Below, one piece after another: positions 50,427-63,285 of a stretch of 64,000 nucleotides of DNA (the first letter of the stretch is position 1; each line of letters starts with the position of its first letter). Location: NCBI GenBank assembly GCA_030704615.1, contig CM060732.1:77810001-77874000 (forward strand), given 5' to 3'. The notes beneath the pieces are model-generated. The model did not search any database, was not told the DNA's origin, and worked only from the letters and a program-made list of their open reading frames with translations. This DNA comes from Takakia lepidozioides (taxonomy: Eukaryota; Plantae; Bryophyta). The position numbers and the translations under genes were made by a program.

Positions 50427-51911
50427 TCACATGAATCCCATGCCTCCCATATCTCCTCCCTCAGGAGCAGGAGGTGGACCATCCCGCCTGGGAGCCGATA
50501 CCACCTGAGCTGTAGCCATGGCAGCGAGCCTCTGCTCTAGCTGCTGGAGCCAGTTGGCCATGTCTTGGTCAACACCCTGACCTCCGCGTCCTTGGCCATG
50601 TTGAGCTTGCCCTTGGCATGCACCTCGTGCCCGACCACCTCGTCCTCTCTGGGCTGGTCCACCTCGCCCCCGGCCACCATTGTTCCCTTGGAACTGGCCT
50701 GGGCGCAACTCAGGGTGCAAGTCATAACACTGGGCATCTCCATGCCCATACTTGCCACAATGCCCACACTGCAACTGTGCAGGCTGTGCTTGTGTCAGCC
50801 TTCTGCGACTCTCTGGGCAATCTCTCTTGACATGGGGTCCTCCACATGTCCAACATATCACCCCTGGTTTTTGTTGGCCTGCAAAAGATGCCACGGGCCT
50901 CCGCACCTGAGGTCCCCTGTAAGCTCCATGGAACTTGGGTTGGGCAACCTTGCCCCCCTGACCACGCTGTTGGGCAGTCCCTTGTACCTGTTGGCTGGCA
51001 GCTGCACCTCGTGCAGGCATGTCCTTGCCAAATCCAATGGTAACAACTCGCTCCTCCACCATGTTGAGCTCAATCCGCTCAGCCAGCAGAAACACATCCG
51101 CTAATGTGGGTTGGGCCGCTTGTAACAGGGTTGCATCCCGCACCCTTCTCTTGAGCTCCTTGTCCAAAATTCCATACCAGAACTGGACTGCCTGAGCTTC
51201 AGTAACCCCTTGGGTCACACTTATCAAGCGCCTCATACGAGTGTAGGCCTCTCGCAAGCTCTCACTAGATTTGCGCTAGAAGTCTTGCAAACTTTGCAGC
51301 TTCTCTGTCCGTACACCTTGGTAGTTCCTCCGCAACTCCTGGAAGAACTCCACCACCGGGTTGAATCTAGGCACATGTGTTGTAATTGTGGCAGAAGGAG
51401 TAGTAGCACCTTTTGAACTGGTACCACCTGCAGAAATGCCGGCACTACTTGTTCCACTACTAGTGCTTGTAGTTGGAGATGTTTGTGTAGCTGCTGGTGT
51501 CACCGCTGCCCTTGTGCCTCTAGTGATTGAGACATAGTTAGGTGACCAATACTCTCGCCACTCCTCAATCTCCACCGCATGTCCCCGCCTAAATTCATGG
51601 TAATCATCCATGGGCGGCCCCTCAAGGTGCTGGAATAGCCCCTTCCACGCAATAAAAGACGTAAACAATTGTGGATTGCGCATTTGCTGCAAATCACACC
51701 AACTGTCAAACTACTGTATAAAGTCATCAAGCTCGATGGTGCCCACAGCTCCAGAGTACCTACGTGGCCCCTTGGTAGCTCCATACATCTCCTCCATCGT
51801 GTCCCACAACAATGGCACGGAAATGACTTGCACCCTCGGCAAGAATCCTCCTGACTCCGAGTCTGAACCTTCCTCAGAAGACACTGAAGGTGAAAGTGGT
51901 CTAAACCGCAC
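50427..51911 (-). pseudogene. gag of DNMT-Gypsy with two zinc knuckles and an RGG-rich tract
   Basis: CWTCGGPHVKRDC, CGHCGKYGHGDAQC, GGRGRGG..RGRGGR. Confidence 0.85.
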
Positions 51912-52649
51912 ACCTTGTCTTGTGTACCCACTAGTATCGCTGGTGCTTGTACCGGCACTCCCTTAGCAGCTGGTGGCACCTCCGTGATGAAAACTCACAA
52001 CCCAACCGGTTGTCAACCTGTCTCTAATCCCCACTTTCTACAAGGTAACCGGGTAAAGAACCTGTTGCGGCTACTGGTTCAAGCAGGAATAATAGGTTTC
52101 TAACGTAGACCTGTACCTGCACCTGCATCCACCGCAAGCACTCCTATGGTCTACTGGTCATCAACTCAGCCTCACCATAGAAGAAACACTGGTGGTCTTG
52201 CTGGTCATCACCCCAGCCTCACCACCGATAGCATACTCTAGGATTGGCCGGTGATCAAATCCGGACCAACCTCCTATGAAAACAAGCGCCCACACAAAGC
52301 TAACATGGCGCACAGTCAAGCATGCAGGTGTGGAGGGGATCCAAACACAAGAAAATCAAGACAACAACTCCTCCACACCAAAAACACTCCACAGTGTCGC
52401 TCCTGCAAGGACACCCCAGCCCAAACCTGGACTGACTCTTGCCTCCACCTACGGAAAGGCTTTGGCCTACAGAGAGGGTAACTATGGAGAAGAGAAACTA
52501 AAGCAATTCCTAACCCCAGAATGCTCTCATCCCACCACTCTCCCTCCTGTCTCTATCCACTCGCTTGTATGGCCGTGGCAAGTATCCTTCAATATCCCTC
52601 AATCAATCCTTCAAGAGCTCTTCAACATTGTCTACCAAAGCTCTTCAAA

Positions 52650-52762
52650 GGGTCCTCCAAGGACCCCAAAGATCCTCCAAACACTCCTCCAAGGACCCCA
52701 AAGATCCTCCAAATACTCCTCCAAGGGCCCTCAAATATCTTCCAAACAATCCTCCAAAGGCC
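52650..52762. repeat. ~33-bp tandem repeat (CCTCCAAGGACCCCAAAGATCCTCCAAA) in the 5' leader
   Basis: Three to four units. Confidence 0.75.
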
Positions 52763-52789
52763 CTTAAATTTCACTAAGTCCTTTCACTG

Positions 52790-53185
52790 TTGATACCTTA
52801 ACAGAGGTATAGTCTGAGGTTGCTAGGGTCCCTTATGTTGATGATACCTTTACAGAGGTATAGTCTGAAAATGAGGGTTCTGTTTGGTATACTAACAGAG
52901 GTATAGTCTGAGCTGATTAGGGTCCACATATGGTGATACCTCAACAGAGGTATAGTAAAAGGGACAAGCTCCTGTTTGGTATACTAACAGAGGTATAGTC
53001 TGAGCTGATTAGGGTTCACATATGGTGATACCTCAATAGAGGTATAGTAAAATGGACAAGCTCCTGTTTGGTATACTAACAGAGGTATAGTCTCACATTA
53101 GGGTTCACATATGGTGATACCTCAACAGAGGTATAGTCAAAGAGACAAGCTCCTGTTTGGTATACTAACAGAGGTATAGTCTGAG
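52790..53185. repeat. Tandem array with ACAGAGGTATAGT core (9 copies, alternating ~43/49-bp units) in the 5' leader
   Basis: Cores near 52801, 52852, 52895, 52944, 52987, 53036, 53079, 53124 and 53169. Confidence 0.85.
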
Positions 53186-54480
53186 CATACACTACTAGGG
53201 TTTGTAATAAAGAGCTAGAATGCAAGTCCTTGACTTCTATGCTTCTACTCAAGCAAAAATATGGTCTCTAGGTGGTCATAAGAGGCATCTTCTTGCTCTC
53301 TTCCACCCCAATGTGCAACCAAGAGTGGTCCAACTCAACTTGCAAGTCATTGTCCACCAAATCAATCCCCCTTCTAGTCCTTGGGATTTGATTGCAAACT
53401 ACCATATCTCCATTGCCGAGCAATCATGCATTTGTCTCCTCATCACTTGACAATTGCTCCAAATCAACACAAATTATCTCAATGTGTAGGAGCAATGCTT
53501 GTAACTTACAATAATGCTCCCAAGCAATCCGCCTTGGATCCCACTCTCACGCCATATGCCTCATTTGGGGTCTTGCACCAATCCATCATCCATGTGCTCC
53601 CCGTGGTCATTTGAATGCATGTTTCATGACCTCTTGGCCTATGTGTTGCTCTCCTTCATCATAACATGAATCAACACCTCTCCACTTCACACACAAATGG
53701 ATCTCAAAGGCCTTCACCTCTTGCTAGTTCAAGAGCTCCCCTTCTCAAACTTGAACTTACAAACTCAAGCGAGCATGCTCCACACATGCACCACTTGCTT
53801 GGTCAACTATCCACCACAAAGCTCGCACTACCAAGAGCATGAATAGCCAAGTATTGCCTCCCCCTCTTGTCACATTACATAGTTAGGGTGAAGCTATGCA
53901 TACATTGAATGATGATTTCCCTTCAAGGATTTCCCACCACATGTTCTCCAAGCCCTTCCAATGGCACCCTAAGCTTGGCTCCACACCACCATGATTGGAA
54001 GATTTCTTCACATGCTCCCTTTCAAAACCTCTTGAGCTTCTTAGTGCTCTCCAAGTGCTTGCCCTTGTTGTCTTCAAGCCCAAGCATATATAGCTCATTG
54101 GCTTCTCTTCCACAACATCCACACTTTGAACTTGCTTAACCCTAGCTTGATAGTGAAATGAGCACTAACAAGCCTTTAGTCACTCTCCACAAGCCATGGT
54201 GCACACCATCGACTCCATAATGCATACAAAGGATTCTCAAACCCTAGAATCCATGCTTCCACACACACAAGACTTCCTCCTTACAATCCTTGCAAAATCT
54301 TGTGACTCAAGAGCTTTCTTCTCAAGCTCTCCAACTCCTTGGTGCATGCAATACTCGAGCACCTTTCCTTACAACCCCTTGCAAGCCTTGTGATACAAGA
54401 GCTAAATTCTCCTAGCTCTCAACCTCTTTAAAATACAAGTGCAAAACTAATCCTTACACTCCGCACTCACAAGCATAAGG

Positions 54481-54495
54481 TCATCTTCTTGTAGT
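54481..54495 (-). promoter_or_regulatory. Putative self-priming PBS (complementary to LTR 54722-54736)
   Basis: Plus strand TCATCTTCTTGTAGT is the exact reverse complement of ACTACAAGAAGATGA in the LTR; no TGG-type tRNA PBS is present. Confidence 0.7.
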
Positions 54496-54915
54496 GATAA
54501 GAGATGAGAAATGAGAGAAGTGGAAGACAATGAAAGCTCTCAAAGCATGAAGCAATCACACTAAGAACAAGCCCTAGTCCTTCCAAGTGAAATCCACTCT
54601 ATCACATAAACTAAGTCAAGCCAAGGGCACCCTTGCTAAGGGAATCCACCCTACAAAGCCCTCAACACACTCCCTCTCAATACCTAGAGCTATGGAAGTG
54701 AGAGAGGCTCATGGAGGCTCAACTACAAGAAGATGAGCCTCCTCAACACTCATAAGGGGAAAACCTATCTCCATGTCTCAAGTGAGGCTCGACACCTCAC
54801 TTGGCATGTGAGACCAAATGAAGTCCCAACACACAAAATATAAATATAAATATCTAAAATGTCCTAGTTAACTAGAAGTAGGTAATTCTAGATAACCATG
54901 ACTAAAACCATGACA
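54495..54915 (-). repeat. 5' LTR of DNMT-Gypsy, lacking the first 87 bp of U3
   Basis: Matches 33687-34108. Confidence 0.88.
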
Positions 54916-55674
54916 TCTACTCTGGCCTGCACGAAGCCTACTGTTAGCCTATGTCTAGTGTAGAATACCAGTAGACTAGGCTATCGTGGTTTTTCAGAAT
55001 TGCCGAATTCGACAAAATTGGATATGAAATGAAAATTGCCATTCAGAATTGAATTTGAATGGGAAGAAATGCATAAACTATTGACAAGAACAAACTTATG
55101 TTGGATTTGGGGATCAAGAAAACAGTTGTGAAAAAAACAACCGGACATTTCCGAAACCACTGTCCTAAAAAAACCACCACATTGAACAAAACAAGCAATA
55201 CAACCAGCACGGTAATCTTTCGCCACCCTAAACCATTACCCTAATCGACCAGAACAAGCACACACAAATCCTATTGCACACAAAACCATCACAGAAAACC
55301 ACCCTACAAACCATCGGTGAATTGAACAACAACACTGAAGCAATGAAGCAAGAGTGCACTGAAGCACAGAATGGAGCAGGAGTGAAATGAATTGACAGAG
55401 AATGAAGCAGGAATGAAGCAAACAACGAAGCAGACAATGAAACAGAAACCTAATGTGCACCGAAGCACGGACTGAAGCACTGAAGTACAGGTGAGAGTGC
55501 ACTGAAGACAATGCAGTGCAACATAGAATGAAGCAGGATCCAAACGAATTGAATCGAGAACAGGCCACATGAATCGAGAGCAGGCCATATGAATTGAGAA
55601 CAGGCCAAGACAAAACATGAAACATAAGACGAAAAGAGGGAGTTTTCAATGCTGTACCTGCTTATGCCGGCCAT
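54916..55674 (-). pseudogene. First coding exon, intron and start of exon 2 of the disrupted gene
   Basis: ATGGCCGGCATAAGCAG|GTACAG at 55674; T-rich intron; TTCGTGCAG|G acceptor at 54927. Confidence 0.35.
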
Positions 55675-56368
55675 TTTGGTGCCCCTGCAACCACAGTCCG
55701 TCGTTTGATACTCTCTTCCGCACCTCCGCCTGCCGGTAATCGCATTGTGCTCTCGCCTCTGCACTCGTCAATCTCCACTCGCCACTGTCATGTCTCTCTT
55801 CCCCGCTCTTCAAATTTCATCTATTTCACTCTCTCACCTTTCACCCTCTGCTCTCTCTGCACTCGGCCAAATCTGCTCTCTTCCTCTCCACGCTCCAGTG
55901 TACAGTCTCTTTCTCTCCGCGCTCCAAAACTCTTCCCTTTCACGCTCTCCTCTCTCAACAGTCAAGCTCTCACTCGCGCAGCGCTTACGCGTATAAAATA
56001 GGAAGCCCAAAGGCCGGGCTCAAAGAGCGCACCCCTTATAAACGATCTTCAAGAATGATCTGAACCATCGCCTCCGTCCAAAATCGAACGGTCGCGCGGC
56101 CCAAATGGATGTTCTGCCACATCCATGCAAACTAACATTAACATTGTTCATCCACACAAATGAAATTAATTCAATTTTTGTTCCAAATTGAATGATGAAT
56201 GCACACACGTTTGGACAGATGACCGGACAGACGAATGAAAAAAAAACGAAATAACTGTAATGACGCCACTGGCCCGGTTATCAGCGTCAGGTCACGTCAG
56301 GTTCGGAGAATATTCTTGTAAAAATAATACCAGGTAAAATATTGTCACTTAAGCAGCCACGTCGCCGA

Positions 56369-57720
56369 CACGGTGGCGGTGACAAATACATTTTGAAAAT
56401 TAACAAAATGAACACGACCGCCTATTCGCTTTGTTTTTCGAAATTAAAAAAGAAATAGCGACCGCCGTATTGGCGGTCGCATCAATTTTTATTTTTTTAA
56501 AGCAAGATTGGCGGTCGCACTGGCGGTTGCCTTATTTTTCGAAATAGAAAAAGAAATAGCGACCGCCATATTGGCGGTCGCTTCAAATATATATTTTTTT
56601 AATGCAAGATTGGCGGTCGCACTGGCGGTTGCCTTATTTTTCGAAATGGAAAAAGAAATAGCGACCGCCATATTGGCGGTTGCTTCAAATATATATTTTT
56701 TTAATGCAAGATTGGCGGTCGCACTGGCGGTCGCCTTATTTTTCGAATTAAAAAAACAAATAGTGACCACTATGCTGGCAGTCGCTTCAATTTATTGTTT
56801 TAAAAAAACAAGATTGGCGGTCGCCTAATTTAAAAAAGAAAACAAACGACTGCCGTATTGGCGGTCGCACGATGGCAAATACATTAACAAAATGAACGCG
56901 ATCGCCAATTATGGCAGTCGCTTTGTTTTTCGAAATTAAAAAATAAATAGCGACCGCCGTATTGGCGGTCGCTTCAATTTTATTTTATTTTTAGAGCAAG
57001 ATTGGCGGTCGCACTGGCAGTCGCCTTATTTTTCGAAATATAAAAAGAAATAGCGACCGCCATATTGGCGGTCGCTTCAAATGTTTTAAAAAAAAAAGCA
57101 AGATTGGCGGTCGCACTGGCAGTCGCCTTATTTTTCGAATTTAAAAAATAAATAGCGACCGCTATGCTGGCGGTCGCTTCAATTTATTGTTTTAAAAAAA
57201 CAAGATTAACGGTCGTATTGGCGGTCTCCTAATTGAAGAAAGAAAACAAGCAATTGCCGTATTGGCGGTCGCACGGTGGCAAATACATTTTTGAAAATTA
57301 ACAAAATGAACGCGACCGCTAATTATGGCGGTCGCTTTGTTTTTCAAAATTTAAAAAGAAATAGCGACTGCCGTATTGGCGGTCGCTTCAATTATTATTA
57401 TTTTAAAGCAAGATTGGCGGTCGCACTGGCGGTCGCTTTATTTTTCGAAATAGAAAAAGAAATAGCGACCGCCATATTGGCGGTCGCTTCAAATTTGTTT
57501 TTAATAAAAGCAAGATTGGCGGTCGCACTAGCGGTCGCTTTACTTTTCGAATAAAAAAAATAAACAGCGACCGCTATCTTGGCGGTCGCTTACATTTAAA
57601 AATATACAGAAGTGACCGCAATATTGCACAAAATGAAAGGAAATAAAAGCGACCGCAGTAGTGGCGGTCATTTGTTTTTCATTTAAAAAAAAAATACGGA
57701 CCGTAATATTAGCGGTCGCT
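56369..57720. repeat. Left subterminal array of GCGACCGCC-n5-GGCGGTCGC palindromes (~109-bp higher-order unit)
   Basis: Many copies separated by A/T runs. Confidence 0.9.
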
Positions 57721-58169
57721 TAATTTCAAAATTACAACAAATATGATTGTACAGCCTTTTTTGGGTGGGCGCTATTGGTTCGTCATTTATTCATTTCACT
57801 TTCATTTCACTTTAACCCCTCTTGGATCATATATAAGGGAGAAGGGTCACCAAGCTCATCACTTCTTTTGGCACAAACACTTGAGGTTGCTTTGGATGTT
57901 CTCTTCCATTGAACGAGAGTGTAGCCCAAGAGGAGGGTGCGCACATTTTGCCGTTGTGGCTTCCACCAGAACCACTTCAGCAGATTGTGTATAAGCTCAA
58001 CACTACAACCCACATCGACCCACTTGGGTTGCTGACAGGTGTGGAAGTGTTGGGCTATCGCATTGCACTCTACATTCACAACACGTTCATTTATAGGTGA
58101 CTGTTTTTTGTTGCTTGCATCGCTAGGTCCCAGAGGAGTGGATATTGGGTGAAGATGAGGGAGGAATGA

Positions 58170-60628
58170 AGCCCTTGGTATACGGCAATCCCGAACACTG
58201 TCAGTGCCACTGGTAGTGTTGAGTGCAACCTATGTGGATTAAAGCTTTCTTATCGTAAGGATCGGTTGCTCGCTCACCTCGGCTATAAATGTGTGAAGAG
58301 CGCTGGGTGGATTTATGCCCCAAAGCATCTATGCGGGTAAAAAACCACTTTGCCCAGTGTGGAGGCAATATTCCAATGTCTTTGGATCTGGACATGACCT
58401 CTGAGCAGAACACTTCATCTTCCCGTCAGGATGCCCCGATTAGTACCCAGGGCGACTCTTGTGAGGCTTCGGGTGTCCTTGGACAAGTGGGTTGTGCCGG
58501 AGCAACACCTGCTTCGACACCTCTTTATACCCTTACACATCAACGGAGTAGAGGATTACGGCAGCAATCCATGCAAGAAGGTCTTAACTTGTCTGCGAAA
58601 AGACAGTTGGATAAAAAATGGGCGCAATTTTTCTTCAAGGCCAACATACCATTTAATGTGGCAAGACTTCCGGCATTTGTTTCTGCTGTTAGAGCGACCT
58701 CGGAGTCCAGATCCACGTACGTGCCTCCGACTTATCACAATCTCCGCACAGGATTGCTAGAAGACGTCATAACCGAGCTTACCCAAAATATCAACGATAG
58801 GACGAGCGAGTGTATCAGAAAATATGGAAACACTATATGTGCCGATGGTTGGAGTTTTATCACAAACAGACCGTTGTTCAATGTCATGCTCGTATGTCCA
58901 GCTGGGGAACAATTCTTGGGATCGGTCGACACTAGCGGCGAGAAGAAAGATGGACGTTATCAATGCCAACTACTGACGGACTTCATCGAACAAGTCGGAA
59001 GTGATACAATCGTGCAAATATGCACAAACAATGCCGCTAACATGAGAAACACTGCAGACATGTTGTTGGCACGTTATCCCCATATGTACTATCAAGGTTG
59101 TGCTGCTCATATCTTTGACCTCTTTTTGGAAGATTGGGGAAAAGAACAGTGGGTGAAACAACTTGTCAAGCGAGCGAAGACTGTTGTGTCGTTCATCCGC
59201 ACACACCACATCCCTTTGGCAATATATAGGAGTTACGAACCCAAATACAGCCTCCGCAATCCACGCGAAACTTGTTTTGCCACTAACTTCTTGATGGTGG
59301 ATCGGTTGGTGACGGTGAAGAGCAGTCTGGAGCACACCATCATCAATCCTCAATGGGATGCGTACACACGGACATTGCGGGACTCCAGAAAAGCCAAGTC
59401 ATTGGGCAAAAGTCAAAAAGTTCGAAATAACATTCGTAGAGATGATTTCTGGAAGAAATGTGAAAACTTTGTTTATATGGTTGAGCCAGTGTTAATCGTC
59501 TTGCGGGAGTTTGATGGAAAGTAACCAGTAATGGGCAAGGCATGGTTACTAATGCAAAATCTTGATAAACACGTTCAATCCTTGAGGCATCCTCCCTTCT
59601 CCTTGGAACCTGAACTTGCGGACAGTGCTAAGAATGCATTTCACGACCGTCGTTTGATGGTTCGAATGGACTTGCATTATGCGGGGGCTTTGCTCAATCC
59701 ATTCTTGCTCGACAATACCATGCTCCGAGACGACGCTGATGCCAAGGTCGGCCTCGTGCGAGTGCTCATGCGACTGGCTCCGCCGAACCATGCAGAGAGA
59801 GCTATATCCGAGTACCAATGCTTCTCAGATCGCCGCAACCTTTTTGAGGACATGCCGGATCCAAAAGAGCTCAATATGTTGCCACATGAATGGTGGGATC
59901 TGATTGGAGCTGGAGCAAAAACATTGGCTCCCATTGCGAAGCGTATTCTTGCTCAAGTGTGCTCTGCCTCATCTTGCGAACGCAATTGGAGCAGTTACTC
60001 ATTTGTTTACAACAAGATTTGCAACAGGTTGAATCCCGCGAGGGCTGACAAATTGGTGTATGTGTATACCAATTGCCGACTGCTACGTGAGAGGGCAGCG
60101 GATGATGCTACAGTATAGTATGAGAGGAATTTGCATTCCGAAGACTCTGCTTCTGAGGCTGATTCGATGAGTGACGATACTGAGCCTCAGATAGAATCAT
60201 CTCAGAGAGAATCATCTGCCTCCAATAGTGAAGATGGATCCAATGATGCTCCCGAAAATGCGTATGACCCATTTACATTCACAGAGGAGGATGTTTATAT
60301 CCAGCCGACCTTTAATGACCTTCTTGAAGAAGTGCGTATCGCAGATGAAGGTGAAGCTGCAATTGTGTCATCCCCAGAACATGGTCCTCAAAATGAAGTT
60401 GGGGTCGATCCTAGCCCCTACTACACGCTGAAGCCACCGGTAGTGCCCCAATGGAGCTTAGGGGTGATATCCTGCCAGGACCGATCGACGTACGCAACCC
60501 TGTTCATACAAACGATGGTGTCGAACCCATTGTACAGTCGACGGGACGGGATCATGCCTCACCGATACGACCAGCTCCACCACAATGCCAAAACCGATCC
60601 AGCTCCCCATCAACACAGCGGGCGTTAA
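58170..60628 (+). pseudogene. hAT transposase (BED-like zinc finger, DUF659-type core, hAT dimerization domain, acidic tail); in-frame stops at 59522 and 60116
   Basis: VECNLCG..RLLAHL; FFKANIPFNVA; ICADGWS; QICTNNAANM; GCAAHIFDL; RETCFATNF; EWWDLIG..LAQVCSASSCERNWS..NRL..LVYVYTN. Confidence 0.9.
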
Positions 60629-61419
60629 AGAGCAGCAGGGTTGATTTGTTTTCTACACGCATGCATCATTCTGCTGCATTGGACCGGGCGGAAGTTGAAG
60701 CCTCGGATGATGACAACCTGCCACTATAATTCCACTTGACGTGTTGCACAGCAGACCCGTGGTTCCTCACATGCCGGACCATCTAATGCCGGTCCATCTC
60801 GGGCAGTCCTCTCTCCGCTACCTCCTTCGAGATCACCTTTGATTACGTCCCAAGTCCATAAATGACAGAGAACAGTCCAACCTTTTGTAGGTGATCGGCC
60901 CATAAACAGGCCAGATACCGTGGATGGTATTCAAGACCGGAGCAGGAGTCGACCCCAGAGAGAACTAAATGTGGTTCGAGGTCGCTTGCAAATTCAAAGG
61001 CCTGGACATATGAGGTCGGATAGGGAGGACGATTCCAGCACTGATCATGGCAACGGTGGTGAAGTTGAAGGTGACCCGGATTTTCAACCCATCGGAGCAT
61101 TAGGATTAGGATCTTTTTCCTCCCGCCGTCGAAGCAGTAAAATGAATTGAAGCAAAACAACTGTAGGCATGCATCAGCACTTTTTAGTTGACATGTTTAT
61201 ATTTCTGTACTGAAGTAATACCAATGTGATCATTGTTACTATGAGTATTTGTATTGCTGTTGTGTATGTGTTGGAAAATAAAAGATGTTGCCCATGTAGA
61301 TACCAGCCAAAATGTCGGCCAAAAACACCGTCACTTGCTCATGTTTGTGTTCGGTGATTTGCTTGTGGAATGGAGAACAATTGTGCCATGCTTCCAACTG
61401 TGCATTCATTTTTTATTTA

Positions 61420-62640
61420 AATGGAGCGACCGCCAAGGTGACGGTCGCTTCTACGAAGTGTGACCTGCGCATGGAGCGAGGAGTGAGGCGGGGGGGAGGG
61501 GGGCATATAAGCTCCGGGACATTCTCCCCTCATTTTATTTTATTTTAATATATAAATGCAGCGACCGCCATTACTGGCGGTCGTTTTTTTTTTTTTTTTG
61601 GCGAAATGGAGCGACCGCCATTTGTGGCGGTTTTTATTATTATTATTTTTAAATGGAGCGACTGCCATGGTGGCGGTCGCTTCTACGAGGTCTGCCCTGC
61701 GCGTGGAGCGACGGGGGGAGGGCCCCATATAAGCCCCAAGTCATTCTCCCCTCACTTCCATTACCGGCAGTTTTTGTTTTTACAAAATGCAGTGACCGCC
61801 ATTTCTGGCGATCGTCGTGATGGTTATTTTTTAAGATGCAGCGACCGCCATTACTGGCGGTCGCTTTTATTTTAATTATTTTGGAAATGAAGCGACCGCC
61901 TATGTTGGCGGTCGCTTATTTTTTTTTAAGTTTTTGAAAATGAAGCGACCGCCTATGTTGGCGGTCGCTTATTTATTTTAAATATTTTGAAAATGAAGAG
62001 ACCGCCGATGCTGGCGGTCGCTTATTTATTTTAAATGTTTTGAAAATGAAGCGACCGCCGATGCTAGTGGTCGCTTATTTATTTTAAATGTTTTTGAAAA
62101 TGAAACGACCGCCTATGCTGGCGGTTGCTTATTTTTTTTAATTTTTTTTAAATGTAGCCACCGCTTATGTTGGCGGTCGCTTATTTTTTTTTAAGTTTTT
62201 GAAAATAAAGCGACCGCCTATGTTGGCGGTCGCTTATTTATTTTAAATGTTTTGAAAATGAAGCGACTGCCTATGCTGGCGGTTGCTTATTTTTTTTAAT
62301 TTTTAAAAAATGAAGCAACCGCCTATGTTGGCGGTCGCTTATTTTTTTTTAAGTTTTTGAAAATGAAGCGACCGCCTATGTTGGCGGTCGCTTACTTATT
62401 CTAAATGTTTTGAAAATGAAGCGACCGCATATGATGGTGGTCGATTTTTTTTAAACTGAAGCGACCGCCTATGTTGACGGTCGTTTTTTTTTAAAATTTC
62501 CGGAAAATGGAGCGACCGCCTGTTTTGGCAGTCGTTTTTTTTTTTCCCCGGAAAATGGAGCGACCGCTTGTTCTGGTGGTCGCTTATTTTTTGATTTTCC
62601 CGAAAATCGAGCGACCGCCAAGTTGGCGGTCGCTTCTAGA
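61420..62640. repeat. Right subterminal array (AGCGACCGCCTATGTTGGCGGTCGCT, ~53-bp unit)
   Basis: Regular tandem units from about 61890 to 62480. Confidence 0.9.
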
Positions 62641-63285
62641 AGATTCGCCCTTCACATGGCCCGATAAATGAGGGCGGGGGGGGGGGATATAAGCCAAGGG
62701 AGGCTTATTCTCCCCTCACTTCCTCTCCACACAACTTCTGTATGCGTGGCATTTCATTATTCCAAGGCACGTAGTCACGTGGAGAAGGAGGCCATTGGTT
62801 GGATAGGGGGTATTTTTTGCCCTGATTTCTGTGAGGTCGTTGCAGAATGCTCCCATAGGCCCTCCTCTGGCTTCCAGGATCATTTTATTCTACAAAATTA
62901 GCTTTTAGGAAGTATTTTGACACCTACTCAAACCTACTTAACGGGGGAAGGGTTTAGAGTTACGTCTTTTTAGAAAACCTCGTTTAGTATTGCTCTGATT
63001 GTTGTAGAATGGCAGAGGGCCAGGACGATGACCGTCATGGAAGAGATGACCCCAATGAACATGGACCGCCCCCTAAGAAAATCAAAAGGTCAAGGCAAGA
63101 CTTGAATTGGGAAGTATTTGGTGACCCTAGCATACTAGCAGAAGAGGGCTGGGAGGATGTTCTGGAAGAGTTCCGGTGGCCGATGGCGAGATGCAAAAAA
63201 TTCATGAAATGGTACCACATCAATTGATTGTGGCCTTTGGATAGGCATGACGTGCGAACCCGAAACAATTACGCAGAGTCCAGGT

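Larger units (their letters stand above)
33641..54915 (-). mobile_element. Ty3/Gypsy retrotransposon encoding a DNMT3-like cytosine methyltransferase and a PHD finger (interrupted by the element at 35386-45622)
   Basis: LTR repeats 33687-34108 and 54495-54915; PPT AGGGGGGCGAT at 34196-34206; order gag-PR-DNMT-RT-RH-INT-PHD. Confidence 0.92.
56369..62640 (+). mobile_element. hAT-transposase-bearing DNA transposon relic between inverted palindromic arrays (exact ends not found)
   Basis: Transposase flanked by related arrays in opposite orientation. Confidence 0.65.

Noticed and set aside
52790-53185. CRISPR-like regularly spaced repeat
   Set aside because: The spacers are themselves repeated, there are no cas genes, and the array lies inside a eukaryotic LTR element
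56369-62640. Palindromic arrays as CRISPR/REP elements, and ORFs 56489-56828 and 57276-57554
   Set aside because: Spacers are A/T homopolymer runs, and the ORFs are translations of the repeat
63009-63285. ORF with NLS-like PPKKIKR
   Set aside because: Stops after 72 aa and is cut by an LTR; too little sequence to identify
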